Shown: positions 9,395-19,876 of the stretch, piece by piece | Layout: every line of letters starts with the position of its first letter | Position numbering within the stretch: position 1 is the stretch's first letter | Assembly: GCA_963804995.1 (NCBI GenBank) | Contig: CAWDSK010000006.1 | Span: forward strand, 1,600,001-1,664,000 | Source: an uncultured Acidobacteriota bacterium | Lineage (GTDB): Bacteria > Acidobacteriota > Terriglobia > UBA7540 | Reading direction: 5' to 3' | DNA: 64,000 bases | Made by a program: the position numbers and the translations under genes | Notes under the pieces: generated by a model | What the model was told of the DNA's origin: nothing | The model's database searches: none | What the model saw: the letters and a program-made list of their open reading frames with translations, nothing else

Positions 9395-9797
9395 TTAATC
9401 GGACATGTCAATTTCTTCTTGCAGCTGCTCATGGAGCCGACTTTCCGGCATCTTTAAATCTTCCGATTCCGGATCTTTCTGTCTCTCAATTTCACGTACT
9501 GTTTCACTGAGCTTCTGGAAATTGCTCCACACGGTGCCGGTCTCGGTCTGTTTTGAACCGATGTAGTGCTTCCCGGCTATCCAATAGAGATTTATCCAAT
9601 GGAAAAATACGCTGTATGCAAGCTCATCACTCAATGCGTCGAGCTTCACGGAGAGTCCTACCGTATCGAAGAAATCAAATACGTCCTCTGCCTCCTCTTC
9701 GTACGTCCTAGAAAGGAGTGCCTTTGCAGCATTCGACCGAGTGGCCCTGAAATTTGGCTCGTTGAAGCGCGCATCGAACTTAAGCACGATGTCAACT
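9395..9797 (-). pseudogene. 5'-truncated hypothetical protein (DUF4760-like)
   Basis: VDIVLKFDARFN...VFDFFDTVGL...YW; no N-terminal segment or RBS visible. Confidence 0.5.
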
Positions 9798-10538
9798 TCC
9801 CCAAATGGCTTTTGCTATGTCGCGAAGATCGTGGGACCTGTTCAATGGCGCGAGATTGCTGGCGACCATTACTACTGCAGATCGGTAAAGTGGGTGGGGA
9901 AACGGCTGAAAACGGACCTTTCAGAGACTCTTCAGAAGAAGATTGGCACAAGGCAAACATTTCGGGAGATCGAGGACGAGGGATGCAAGAAAGAGATTGC
10001 AAAGCTTGTTGGAATGGTGGACGAGGGCACTGGCGAACCGCCAGATCATGGCCAGGGCAAACGTAATTCTCGAAAACCTGCCGACCTTAGGGGGCAGCTC
10101 AGCAGCTATGAGTACGTGATTAAGGGTGGCAAGCGCAAAGCCTTTCGCCCCCACAAAGATTTCCAACTTCGTTTGGAGCGCTATTTGGTCAAAGTCGGCG
10201 TTTCTGATTTTACGGCGGAACTAAACTACGTCGACGTGTCCTTCTCACGTGGAGGACAACCGTTTATCGGGGAAGTGAAGGTTACAAATGGATATATCAA
10301 CTCGCGGCAGGCCTTTCGAGCAGCATTAGGCCAGGTCCTAGAGTACCGCTTCACTCGAGATTGGAAAGCCGCACCACACATGATCATCTTTTTGGATCAG
10401 GAAGTTGACGCCGCGAGATTGGCGCTCGCTGCACAACTGAAAATTTCAGTCGTCGTGGAAGCAGAGAATGGAGCATTCCAGCTTGCCAATTCTTATCAGA
10501 GCAATGTGATAAATTCAATTTTTCCACCGCTACCTTAG
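9789..10538 (+). CDS. PD-(D/E)XK restriction-endonuclease-like protein, probably 5'-truncated
   Basis: YVDVSF...GEVK, AFRAALGQVLEY; appears AT-richer than the backbone. Confidence 0.6.
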   Translation: MSTSPNGFCYVAKIVGPVQWREIAGDHYYCRSVKWVGKRLKTDLSETLQKKIGTRQTFREIEDEGCKKEIAKLVGMVDEGTGEPPDHGQGKRNSRKPADLRGQLSSYEYVIKGGKRKAFRPHKDFQLRLERYLVKVGVSDFTAELNYVDVSFSRGGQPFIGEVKVTNGYINSRQAFRAALGQVLEYRFTRDWKAAPHMIIFLDQEVDAARLALAAQLKISVVVEAENGAFQLANSYQSNVINSIFPPLP

Positions 10539-10564
10539 CAAAGCGCCGCGGGAAACGGTGTCAG

Positions 10565-10682
10565 GAACGTGTGAAAAAATGCCAGGCCACGGATTAGCAC
10601 GGATTCGCTCGGATGAAAAGAGAGGACTTATCCGTGCTGATCTGTGTTAATCCGTGGCTCCGACCGATTTTTTCACAGCTTC
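10565..10682. mobile_element. MITE-like element A3 (3-bp TSD CAG) in a REP loop
   Basis: GAACGTGTGAAAAAA...TTTTTCACAGCTTC; removal restores GGAAACGGTGTCAGGTACCCTTTCC. Confidence 0.75.
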
Positions 10683-10779
10683 CAGGTACCCTTTCCTCTT
10701 GGTCGCGTGTGTCGTGGGGCACCCATTGGCTTTTCAGATCTCCCCAAGACTTTTTTTAGGGCCACGTGCTCTTCCCTCA

Positions 10780-10936
10780 GCGGGGTAGCGCATCAGAGGA
10801 AGCCGCAGTTTGGCCTCCTCTGCGGTTCTTAACATGGAAACAGCAACCATGATATTAACATCCAAACATGAAATCCCATCGACGGACGAAGAGCCGCAGA
10901 CGAACGCAAGGAACGCGTACGTCTGCGCTACCCCGC
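10780..10936. repeat. REP doublet (GCGGGGTAGCGCA...TGCGCTACCCCGC)
   Basis: Right unit nearly identical to 6637-6677. Confidence 0.7.
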
Positions 10937-10964
10937 TCAACCTGCTTGTCGGCGCGCGGCGCCG

Positions 10965-11183
10965 GTCCGAAGGCCGCCGCCCCGTTCTCAAAGAACTGTT
11001 TGAGCCAGCGATAGAAAACTGGAGTTGATGTTCCAAAGTGGAAACCGGAACCCGATCAAGCAAGTGCCGACGCAGAATGGTAACCTTTTCCTCGGGGGTG
11101 TGATGCTTACGTTCGTTGCTCATGAGTCCTCTCCGTTGTAGCTATCTTAACGGGAGAACTCTCCATTTTCACCTGACCCTCAG
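10965..11183 (-). pseudogene. IS3-family remnant (left end plus degraded orfA)
   Basis: MSNERKHHTPEEKVTILRRHLLDRVPVS then disrupted; IR-like TGAGGGTCAGGTGAAAATGG upstream. Confidence 0.6.
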
Positions 11184-11735
11184 TTCATCCCCCGTAATAA
11201 TAAAGCTTGACACTAAGCGTTACTGATTGGTATAATCCGGCTGCGCCGACTGTCGGAAGGACTGGGCGTGGAACGCACCGTGGGGAGGCCCCGCAGTGAA
11301 GCGTAAATATGAGACCGAAAACGCACCGTCTGAGCTGTTCATTCTTAGTCGACAATGTGTCGCTGGATGCCCAAAACGCCCAAAGCTGAGAACATATTGA
11401 AAACAAAGCGCGTCAATTCGCGATTTCTGTTTGCCAAAGCTGAGAGGTTATTGAAAACAAATACGGTTAGCAACGATATGAAAAATGGTAAAACAGGATG
11501 ACAATGTGTCCAGTTGGTAAGGGCCGAAAAGCCCAGAACAGCCGCTTCGCGACGAAGGAGAATTCGGAAGACGGTGGCTGGCAATTGGAATGAAGAGAAT
11601 GCCAGTCGGGAGCCAACTACCCCAAGTCCGGGCAGCGGATCCCGGCGCCCCTCCCCGGCCCGAAGAAGACCCCGCAAATCAAACTGCCCCAATGTTCCAA
11701 CCAGCGCGCCGATGCTACCCGGGAGTCGTTACTGC

Positions 11736-12719
11736 CTACTCGCCCTGGCTCAACACTTGGGGATTGACCAGGTTCGGGGGGCGGTGGCCATCAAAAAAGG
11801 CGAGCAGGTTGTCGGCGGCCAGGGAGGCCATGGCGAAACGAGTTTGCGAAGTGGCCGTGCCCATATGCGGCGTCAGGACAACGTTGGAGAGAGTCGGGAG
11901 CGTGGCGTGAAGTTGCGGCTCGCGCTCGTAGACATCGAGCCCCGCGCCTGCGATCTGCTTCGATTCAAGCGCCGCGACCAAGGCGGCTTCATCCACAACT
12001 TTACCGCGTGAGGTGTTGATGAGGAAGGCGGTGGGTTTCATCATCGTCAATTCACGCGCGCCGATCAAGTGCATCGTCTCAGGAGAAAGTGGAACGTGCA
12101 GGGTCAGGAAATCCGCTTCGCGGAGCAGGGTCTCAGGATCCACGAACTGCGCGCCGAACTCCTTTTCCTGCGCCTCCGTAAGGCGATCGATCGCATAGTA
12201 GAGGATGCGCATGGAGAATCCGCGGGCGCGACGGGCGACGGCTTGGCCGATGCGTCCAAATCCGTAGAGGCCCAAGGTCTTGCCGTAGAGATCGGTGCCC
12301 CACATCAAACCCCATTGCCAGCGGCGCCAATGGCCCTCGCGAACGAAGCGGTCGGCCTCCACCAGCCGGCGCGCCACGCCCATGAGCAGTGCGAAAGCCA
12401 GGTCGGCCGTCGCTTCCGTAACCACGCCGGGCGTGTTCGTGACCACAATGTGGCGGCGTGTGCAGGCCTCTACATCAATGTTGTCGTAACCTACCCCCAC
12501 GGTTGAGATGACTTGCAAGCGTAAAGCCTGCGCCAGCAGTTCTTCGCTGACTCGCCCGCCGGACAGCAGCAGACCTTCGGCCTGGCGGCAACCCTCGGCG
12601 AGTTGGGCGGGCGGGAGCGGCTCATCCTCCGGATGCATGGTCAAGTCACATCGCGCCGCGACGCGTTCGACAACTGGAGCGGGCAGCGGGCGGGTCATAA
12701 ACACTTTGGGTCGGCTCAA
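11736..12719 (-). CDS. D-2-hydroxyacid dehydrogenase (glyoxylate reductase / D-glycerate dehydrogenase)
   Basis: GVGYDNID, GFGRIG, INTSRG, AGLDVYEREP, TPHMG. Confidence 0.92.
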   Translation of the reverse strand: MSRPKVFMTRPLPAPVVERVAARCDLTMHPEDEPLPPAQLAEGCRQAEGLLLSGGRVSEELLAQALRLQVISTVGVGYDNIDVEACTRRHIVVTNTPGVVTEATADLAFALLMGVARRLVEADRFVREGHWRRWQWGLMWGTDLYGKTLGLYGFGRIGQAVARRARGFSMRILYYAIDRLTEAQEKEFGAQFVDPETLLREADFLTLHVPLSPETMHLIGARELTMMKPTAFLINTSRGKVVDEAALVAALESKQIAGAGLDVYEREPQLHATLPTLSNVVLTPHMGTATSQTRFAMASLAADNLLAFFDGHRPPNLVNPQVLSQGE

Positions 12720-12885
12720 GAGATTCCTCCCTGTGAGAATTGAAGCCCGGTTGATATCACAAGGCCGGAAGGAACGTCAATGAGGGAAGAATAGAACCCA
12801 GCGCGGAGAAGGCATCGGCCGGTTAGTTCGTTGCCCGAAGGGGCGCGAGGGAATTAGCCCGTCAGTATCCGCTGCTCGCCTGACG

Positions 12886-13842
12886 TCATTCGCCCTTGCG
12901 GCGGGGAACCCCGGCCAGGAATTCTTCCACCGCAGCAGCAGTGGGCGCGGAATCAGCTCCACCCATGCCGAGCGTGGAAAGCGCTCCGGCGGCGTTGGCG
13001 TAACGAGCGGCCTCCGTAAGGCTGCGGTCGCGGCAGAGCGCGGCTAGAAAGGCGGCGGCGAAGCAATCACCAGCGCCGGTCGTATCCACCGGATGCACGG
13101 CGAAACCTGGAGAGGTGAAGGCACCCTGTGGGGACTCCACATAGCAACCCGCAGCCCCCAATTTAACGATGACGGTTTTTACGCCCAGGCTCCGCAAGCG
13201 ACGGGCGATGGCCATGGGCTCGGATTCCCCCGTCAATTGTTGACCCTCTTCCCGGTTCGGAAAAATCAAGTCGGTGTGCCGAAGAGCGGGTTCAATAAGC
13301 GGCAGCCAGCGCCCTTGCACGTCCCAACAGACATTCAAGGAAGTAATGCAACCCATTTTATGAGCGCGCTGAATTGTGCGTTCGAGCGGCGAACCATCGA
13401 AGGCCGGCAGCGCGAAGGCGCTCGCGTAATGAAAAATCCTGGCCCCCACAGCGAGCCTCCAATCGAGCATCTGCTCCGTGAAGAACGCGCTCACGCCCCG
13501 CAGGTGCAGAAAGTGGCGCTCCCCGTTTCCCCGCACCAGCACGATGGAAGTAGAGGTCTTCGCGCCTGCGAGCGTGACCAGACCGGAATCGTTGATGCCC
13601 TCGGCAAGCACTCGCTCGCGAATGAAAGTGCCGAAGCGGTCCTCACCAATTGCAGCCGCGATATGAACTTTTACGCCTAGCCGAGCAAGTGCGATCCCGG
13701 TGTTGATGGTATTGCCGCCGGCAGCAAGAACGACATCTTCCAGCCGCTGACTTGTTCCTGGGGGCGCGAGATGATCGACCGGCCGAGCCAGGACATCAGC
13801 GACCGCATTGCCGGCGCAATAAATTTCACACTGACCCTTCAT
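12886..13842 (-). CDS. PfkB family carbohydrate kinase
   Basis: GGNTIN, VKLGAAG, DTTGAGDCF. Confidence 0.92.
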   Translation of the reverse strand: MKGQCEIYCAGNAVADVLARPVDHLAPPGTSQRLEDVVLAAGGNTINTGIALARLGVKVHIAAAIGEDRFGTFIRERVLAEGINDSGLVTLAGAKTSTSIVLVRGNGERHFLHLRGVSAFFTEQMLDWRLAVGARIFHYASAFALPAFDGSPLERTIQRAHKMGCITSLNVCWDVQGRWLPLIEPALRHTDLIFPNREEGQQLTGESEPMAIARRLRSLGVKTVIVKLGAAGCYVESPQGAFTSPGFAVHPVDTTGAGDCFAAAFLAALCRDRSLTEAARYANAAGALSTLGMGGADSAPTAAAVEEFLAGVPRRKGE

Positions 13843-14262
13843 ATCAGCAAATCTCGTGGGACAGGGGTCGCTACGGGCCCCGTGGCGTCACATCTGGGAC
13901 AAGACCGACCCGGGCCGGGGGGTGATTATAAGGGTTAGTCAAGGAATGACAAGGTTGATTTTTCCGGGCAATAGGGCACAAAATTGCTTTAGGATTCCGG
14001 TTAGACCCAATTTGGCGAGTGGGACGCAGACCAGAATCGAAAGTGGGACAATTTTTCGACTGGTTAGACTAGAAGTCGCTCATCCTATGAGTCTTTACTG
14101 GGTCTTTTCTTGACGCCCTTTTTTGAGGCGTGATATTATGCCGCACTTTCTTAGAATATCCGTAAGCCCTCCTAATGGAAGTTCTCCCGGTGACTGATTT
14201 TTGGAGAAGCCAGCCAGGCCCAACTTGGGAGTGCGAAGAGAAAGTTCGGTCGGAGGAATATC

Positions 14263-16819
14263 AATGCTCGTTTCCGCTATTTTTGCCCTCAGTGTGTTCA
14301 CACTGATATCGGTTCTTTCCCTTTCCAGTTTCTGGAAATGGGTCGCGAGTCTTTGGGGGCCGCGCTGCCGGGCTGCCAAAATGGTAGCTTGGGGTGCAGG
14401 CCTGATGTTGGCCGCGACCGCCACAGGTTTCGCCGCCGTTCCCAATGAGGCGGCCGGCGAAGCCAATCTGAAGGTTCCGGACCTGTCGCAAGTTCAATTT
14501 CTGGGTATCGATGGTCACAAGCTGTTGATGATCGGTATCCTCTTTTGTATTCTGGGGCTGATTTTCGGCCTGGTCATTTACACCCATCTGAAGAATCTGC
14601 CTGTCCATCGCGCCATGGCGGAGATCTCCCAGTTGATTTGGGAAACCTGCAAAACCTACCTCGTGACGCAGGGCAAATTCCTGGCGATGCTCTGGGTGTT
14701 CATTGCCGCCGTCATTCTGCTGTACTTTGCCGTGCTGCTGAAGTATGAGGCGGTACGCGTGATGATGATCCTGTTCTTCAGCGTCGTGGGAATCGCCGGC
14801 AGTTACGGAGTGGCGTGGTTCGGGATTCGCGTGAACACTTTTGCGAACTCGCGCACGGCCTTTGCCAGTCTGCGCGGTAAGGCCTTCCCCGTCTTCCAGA
14901 TTCCTCTTCAGGCGGGCATGAGCATCGGCATGATGCTGATCAGCGTGGAACTCCTGATGATGCTGATCATCCTCCTCTTTATTCCGGGCGATTATGCCGG
15001 CCCCTGCTTTATCGGATTCGCCATCGGCGAGTCGCTAGGGGCAGCCGTGTTGCGTATTGCGGGGGGCATTTTCACCAAGATTGCTGACATCGGTTCCGAC
15101 CTCATGAAGATCGTCTTCAAGATCAAGGAAGACGACGCGCGCAACCCGGGCGTGATTGCGGACTGCACGGGCGACAACGCGGGCGATTCCGTGGGGCCGA
15201 CGGCAGACGGTTTCGAAACTTACGGCGTAACGGGCGTAGCGCTGATCACCTTCATCCTGCTGGGCGTCAAGGACCCGCAGGTACAGGTGCAATTGCTGGT
15301 CTGGATCTTCGTGATGCGCGTCATCATGCTGGTGGCAAGCGCTCTGGCCTATTTCATCAACGGAGCGATTGCCAAGGCCCGGTTTGCCAATGCCGACAAG
15401 ATGGACTTTGAAGCGCCGCTGACCTCTCTAGTCTGGATCACTTCCATCGTTTCGATTTCTCTTACCTACGTGGTTTCAGCGCTCATCATTCCCACCCTGG
15501 GCGGCGACTCCTCGCAATGGTGGAAGCTGGCGACCATCATCTCTTGTGGAACCCTGGCCGGCGCCCTCATTCCGGAGCTCGTCAAGGTATTCACCTCCAC
15601 CAATTCCCGGCACGTCCGGGAGGTGGTGACCTCGGCCAAGGAAGGCGGGGCATCGCTTGGAATTCTCTCCGGCTTCGTGGCCGGCAATTTCTCGGCCTAC
15701 TACTTAGGCCTGGCCATGGTGCTGTTGATGTCCATCGGCTCGCTGGTCAGCAATATGGGGCTGGCGAACCTCATGGTGGCGGCGCCGGTATTTGCTTTCG
15801 GCCTGGTCGCCTTCGGCTTCCTGGGGATGGGTCCGGTAACCATCGCTGTCGATTCCTACGGCCCGGTGACGGACAATGCCCAATCGATTTATGAGCTCTC
15901 GTTGATTGAGCAGGTTCCCAACGTCCGGCAGGAAATCAAAAAGGACTTTAACTTCGACGTGAATTTCGACCGCGCCAAGGACATGCTGGAAGAGGGCGAC
16001 GGCGCGGGCAACACCTTCAAGGCCACGGCCAAGCCGGTGCTGATCGGCACGGCCGTCGTGGGCGCCACCACCATGATCTTTTCGATCATCATGGCGCTTA
16101 CCAACGGCATCACGGAGAACGTGGACAAGCTCTCCCTGCTGCACGCGCCCTTTGTGCTGGGCTTGATTACCGGCGGAGCCATGATCTACTGGTTCGCCGG
16201 CGCCTCCACCCAGGCGGTGAGCACGGGCGCCTACCGCGCGGTCGAGTTCATCAAGGCGAACATCAAGTTGGAAGGGTCGGAGAAGGCGTCCGTCAGTGAC
16301 AGCAAAAAAGTGGTGGCCATCTGCACCCAGTACGCGCAGAAGGGCATGTTGAACATCTTCATTGCGGTGTTCTTCGCCACGCTCGCCTTCGCGTTTGTGG
16401 AGCCCTTCTTCTTTATCGGCTACCTGATTTCGATTGCGACCTTTGGCCTCTATGAAGCCATCTTCATGGCGAACGCGGGCGCGGCCTGGGACAACGCGAA
16501 GAAGATTGTGGAAGTCGAATTGAAGCAGAAAGGCACGGCTCTCCACGACGCTACCGTCATTTGCGACACGGTGGGCGATCCCTTCAAGGACACTTCTTCG
16601 GTGGCGCTGAACCCGGTCATCAAATTCACCACGCTGTTTGGTTTGCTGGCGGTGGAGCTGGCGGTTAAGTTGACCTCGACCAGCGGCTCCATCTTGACGC
16701 ACATCCTGGCCTTGGGGTTCTTCGCCGTGTCCATGTTCTTCGTGCACCGGTCGTTCTACGGAATGCGCATTCGCGTCAATGAGACGGCGCAGGTGGAAAC
16801 GACCAGCAAGGCAGCTTAA
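14263..16819 (+). CDS. hppA: Membrane-integral pyrophosphatase (H+/Na+-PPase family); start uncertain (14201 or 14263)
   Basis: GGIFTKIADIGSDL, EDDARNPGVIADCTGDNAGD, DSYGPVTDNA, GNTFKATAK, DTVGDPFKD. Confidence 0.93.
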
Positions 16820-16946
16820 GCATTTCGCGGGCCGCCTGTTTCGAGGCGTGCTCGCACAACCCAAGACGGTTTGGATGTTCACAAGGGCCGCTAAGAAAGC
16901 GGGAAGCCACAAAGCTTCCCGTTCTCAAAGCGGCCCTGTTTTTTCT

Positions 16947-17082
16947 TGGAGTGCGGCGACTCGTCGCCGCTTTCTCACGCCGCGACTGGTCGTGGCGTTC
17001 CCCTGCCACGACTTGTCGTGGCATAACACCAACCGCTGACGAGTCAGCGGTAGAAAGAGCGGGAGCGAGCTCCCGCACTCCG
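16947..17082. repeat. REP doublet (REPIN) upstream of the RAYT
   Basis: TGGAGTGCGGCGACTCGTCGCCGC ... GCGGGAGCGAGCTCCCGCACTCC. Confidence 0.85.
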
Positions 17083-17093
17083 AAAGGTCCAAA

Positions 17094-17645
17094 ATGAGAG
17101 ATTGGCCACACAGTCCGGCGCATCGTTTTACGCCCGGGGGAACCTGCATGGTGACGGCGGGAACGTACCTCAAAGCGCCTTTCTTCCGAGGCGCGGACCG
17201 ATTGGAATACCTTAGCGGGATGCTCCTGGATCTTGCCGAAAAATACTTATGGCAGCTACAGGCCTGGGCGGTCTTTCCCAACCATTATCACTTCGTCGCC
17301 GTATCCCCGCCGCAGGGCGCGTCGCTCGTACAACTTACCCGGCATCTTCACGGACTTACCGCGATCGAAACCAATCGCCGGGACAACGCGGTGGGGCGTC
17401 ACGTTTGGTATCAATATTGGGATAAGGAATTGACCTTTCAGCGGTCCTACCTTGCACGCCTGAGTTACGTGCATAAGAACGCGGTTCATCACGGCCTGGT
17501 GCGGGAACCGTCTCTCTATCCCTGGTGCTCGGCGGGTTGGTTCCAGCGCGAGGCGGCAACGTCCTTTTACAAAACCGTGGTGGGGATGAAGACTGATCAA
17601 GTTCAGGTGACGGATGATTACACGGTCGACATCTCAGATATCTGA
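17094..17645 (+). CDS. REP-associated tyrosine transposase (RAYT, Y1/HUH)
   Basis: HUH motif NHYHF, VWYQYWD, catalytic YVHKN, YPWCSA; flanked by REP doublets. Confidence 0.9.
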   Translation: MRDWPHSPAHRFTPGGTCMVTAGTYLKAPFFRGADRLEYLSGMLLDLAEKYLWQLQAWAVFPNHYHFVAVSPPQGASLVQLTRHLHGLTAIETNRRDNAVGRHVWYQYWDKELTFQRSYLARLSYVHKNAVHHGLVREPSLYPWCSAGWFQREAATSFYKTVVGMKTDQVQVTDDYTVDISDI

Positions 17646-17659
17646 GTTTTGAGCAATTT

Positions 17660-17797
17660 TGGAGTGCGGCGACTCGTCGCCGCTTTCTCACGTCGCGACT
17701 CGTCGCGACGTTCCAACCCCGCGAGCTTGCTCGCAGCGTAACACCGACCGCTGACCAGTCAGCGGTAGAAGAAGCGGGAGCGAGCTCCCGCACTCCA
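17660..17797. repeat. REP doublet (REPIN) downstream of the RAYT
   Basis: Direct repeat of 16947-17082. Confidence 0.85.
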
Positions 17798-17945
17798 AAA
17801 CTGCTTTCGGCGATTTGCAGGCTGCTGCGCCTAACTCCGCGCTACCTCGCTGCTTCTTTCAGTGCTAAATTCTAACCTCCACGGCGGGAGGTTCGTCGAA
17901 CGACGGGCAAAGTGAGACTCTCCCTACCGCTTACAGGAAGGTAGA

Positions 17946-19407
17946 ATGAAGAACCAGCCATTCAACCGACGGAGATTCTTGAAGACAGCAGGGGCAAGTG
18001 CGCTGCTGGCTGGGTCCGGCGCAGTATCCGCTTTATCCGCGCCGTCGGAATCTGGCGCGCCACCAGCGCGAGGAATGGAGTCTATGGGAGATCCTGCCAT
18101 CGCCAAACTTATTATCCTGGATCCTGCGCACTTTCACGGGGCCGTCCTGCAAGAACAAATGACACCGGGAATTGACAAGCGTGTTGCCATTTACGCTCCG
18201 CTCGGCCCCGGCCTGCTGATTCACTTGCAGATCCTCGAACAATACAATCGCCGAGCGGATAATCCCACGAGCTGGGAATTGGATATTCACTGCAGCCCCC
18301 GGTCGCTCGAGGAAATGATCGCCACACGTCCGGGCAACGTCGTGGTGCTGGCGGGCCATAACGGCGCCAAGATCGGAAAAATCAAGTCCTCTCTGGAGGC
18401 AGGATTGAATGTGTTTGTGGACAAGCCTTGGATTATTCGCGCTGAGGACTTTCCTGCCCTGGAGTCAGCGCTGGCCCTGGCTGACCAGAAGCGCTTGATC
18501 GCCTACGACATGATGACGGAGCGGCACGAGATCACCCGAATCATCCAAAGAGAACTGGTCAATGACCCCGAGGTTTTTGGCAAGGTGGTTCCTGCTGACC
18601 CGGAGCACCCGGCGGTGTTCATGGAGAACGTCCACACCATCCTAAATACTGTCAACGGCGTTCCCAACCCGCGCCCGCCATTCTTCTTCGATATCCATGA
18701 CCAGGGGGTAGGGCTCACCGATGTCGGCACACATCTGGTGGACTTGGTGCAGTGGACGCTGTTTCCCAACCAGGCGATCAGTTATCGGGACAACATCCAG
18801 GTCCAGCGGGGCAAGCGCTGGTCGACACCGATCACGGCAGCGCAGTTCCGGCAGGTTACCGGGGCGGCCGCTTTCCCCCCCGAGCTTGCCCCCTACGTCG
18901 AAGGTGACCGGTTCAACTATTACTGCAACAATGAGGTGGATTACACGATTCGTGGCGTGCAGGTGCGATTGAAGACTGTGTGGGTTTGGGAACCGCGGGC
19001 CGGTGATGATTCTCCTGGCGCCATCTTCCGAGGCACTAACTCGAAGCGTCGAGCTGCGTCAGACCGCCAAAGCGAATTACCGGCCGGAGGTGTTCGTGGT
19101 CCCGAACCGCCCAGCGGACTTCCCCGCCCTCACCCAGGCTGTACGCCGCCGCATCGCGAGCCTAAAGGGAACCTATCCGGGAATCGAAGCTGAGGCCACA
19201 GGAAGCAAGGTGCACATCTCGGTTCCGGCTCTCACCCGCCAGGGCCTCGGAGCGCACTTATCCCAAGTGGCGGCAGAGTTTCTCACTTACATGAAGTCGC
19301 CCGAATCGATGCCCGCCTGGGAGCGGCCGAATATGCTGGCGAAATACTTCGTTACGACAACGGGCGTCCAAATGAGTCAGCCCGCGGGTCGTGAAGCCTT
19401 CGCCTAA
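17946..19407 (+). CDS. Tat-exported Gfo/Idh/MocA-like oxidoreductase (Oxidoreduct_C type), apparent frameshift at ~19044
   Basis: NRRRFLK signal, LDPAHFH, VDKP, DVGTHLVD; continues in the 19003-19407 frame to PAWERPNMLAKYFVT. Confidence 0.8.
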
Positions 19408-19489
19408 ACACTGGCCGGGAGAGTATCGCTGCGGAACATTGACCCCCAAGAACCGGGGGCGCGTCACTCGGCGACCATAATGAATCCAT

Positions 19490-19623
19490 AGCCCTCTCCC
19501 GTGGGGGGAGGGTGGACCGCTGCCGGCGCCTTAACCAGCCGGAGCGGGACGGGCCTACGCCCACCGAAGGGCCACCTGGGAGCTGTAAACGACTTCGGCT
19601 TCGGCCCGCAGGCGGGTGAGGGG
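19490..19623 (-). repeat. REP-like repeat copy 3, with a nested 59-bp insert (19554-19612)
   Basis: Insert CCTACGCC...CCCGCAGG flanked by a CGGG duplication. Confidence 0.85.
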
Positions 19624-19876
19624 TTTCCTCGTAGCCGATGTATTATGCGCCACCAGGTGGAAGCACCAGGGTTTCCCGAATGTATCGGCGCAAAGAAGGA
19701 GTCGTGACGCAGCCGCCCGTGTGGGAGATTTGGGCATTTACCACATGAAGAACCGCGGACCCCAAAAACGGGGGACCGCGCTACAACGTATTTGCACGCT
19801 GGTCAGCCTGCTGATTTTTTGGGGGTGGGGTTGCGACGCCACGCAGGCGATCACAGCCTAATCCGTCGACAACGGG

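Noticed and set aside
8100..10540. Integron cassette array
   Set aside because: No integrase, no convincing attC sites, and genes in mixed orientation
11380..11470. Tandem AAAGCTGAGA..TATTGAAAACAAA motif, two copies
   Set aside because: A real short duplication, but no further structure or function can be supported
16947..17797. CRISPR-like array
   Set aside because: The repeats are palindromic doublets around a RAYT, with no regular repeat-spacer period and no cas genes
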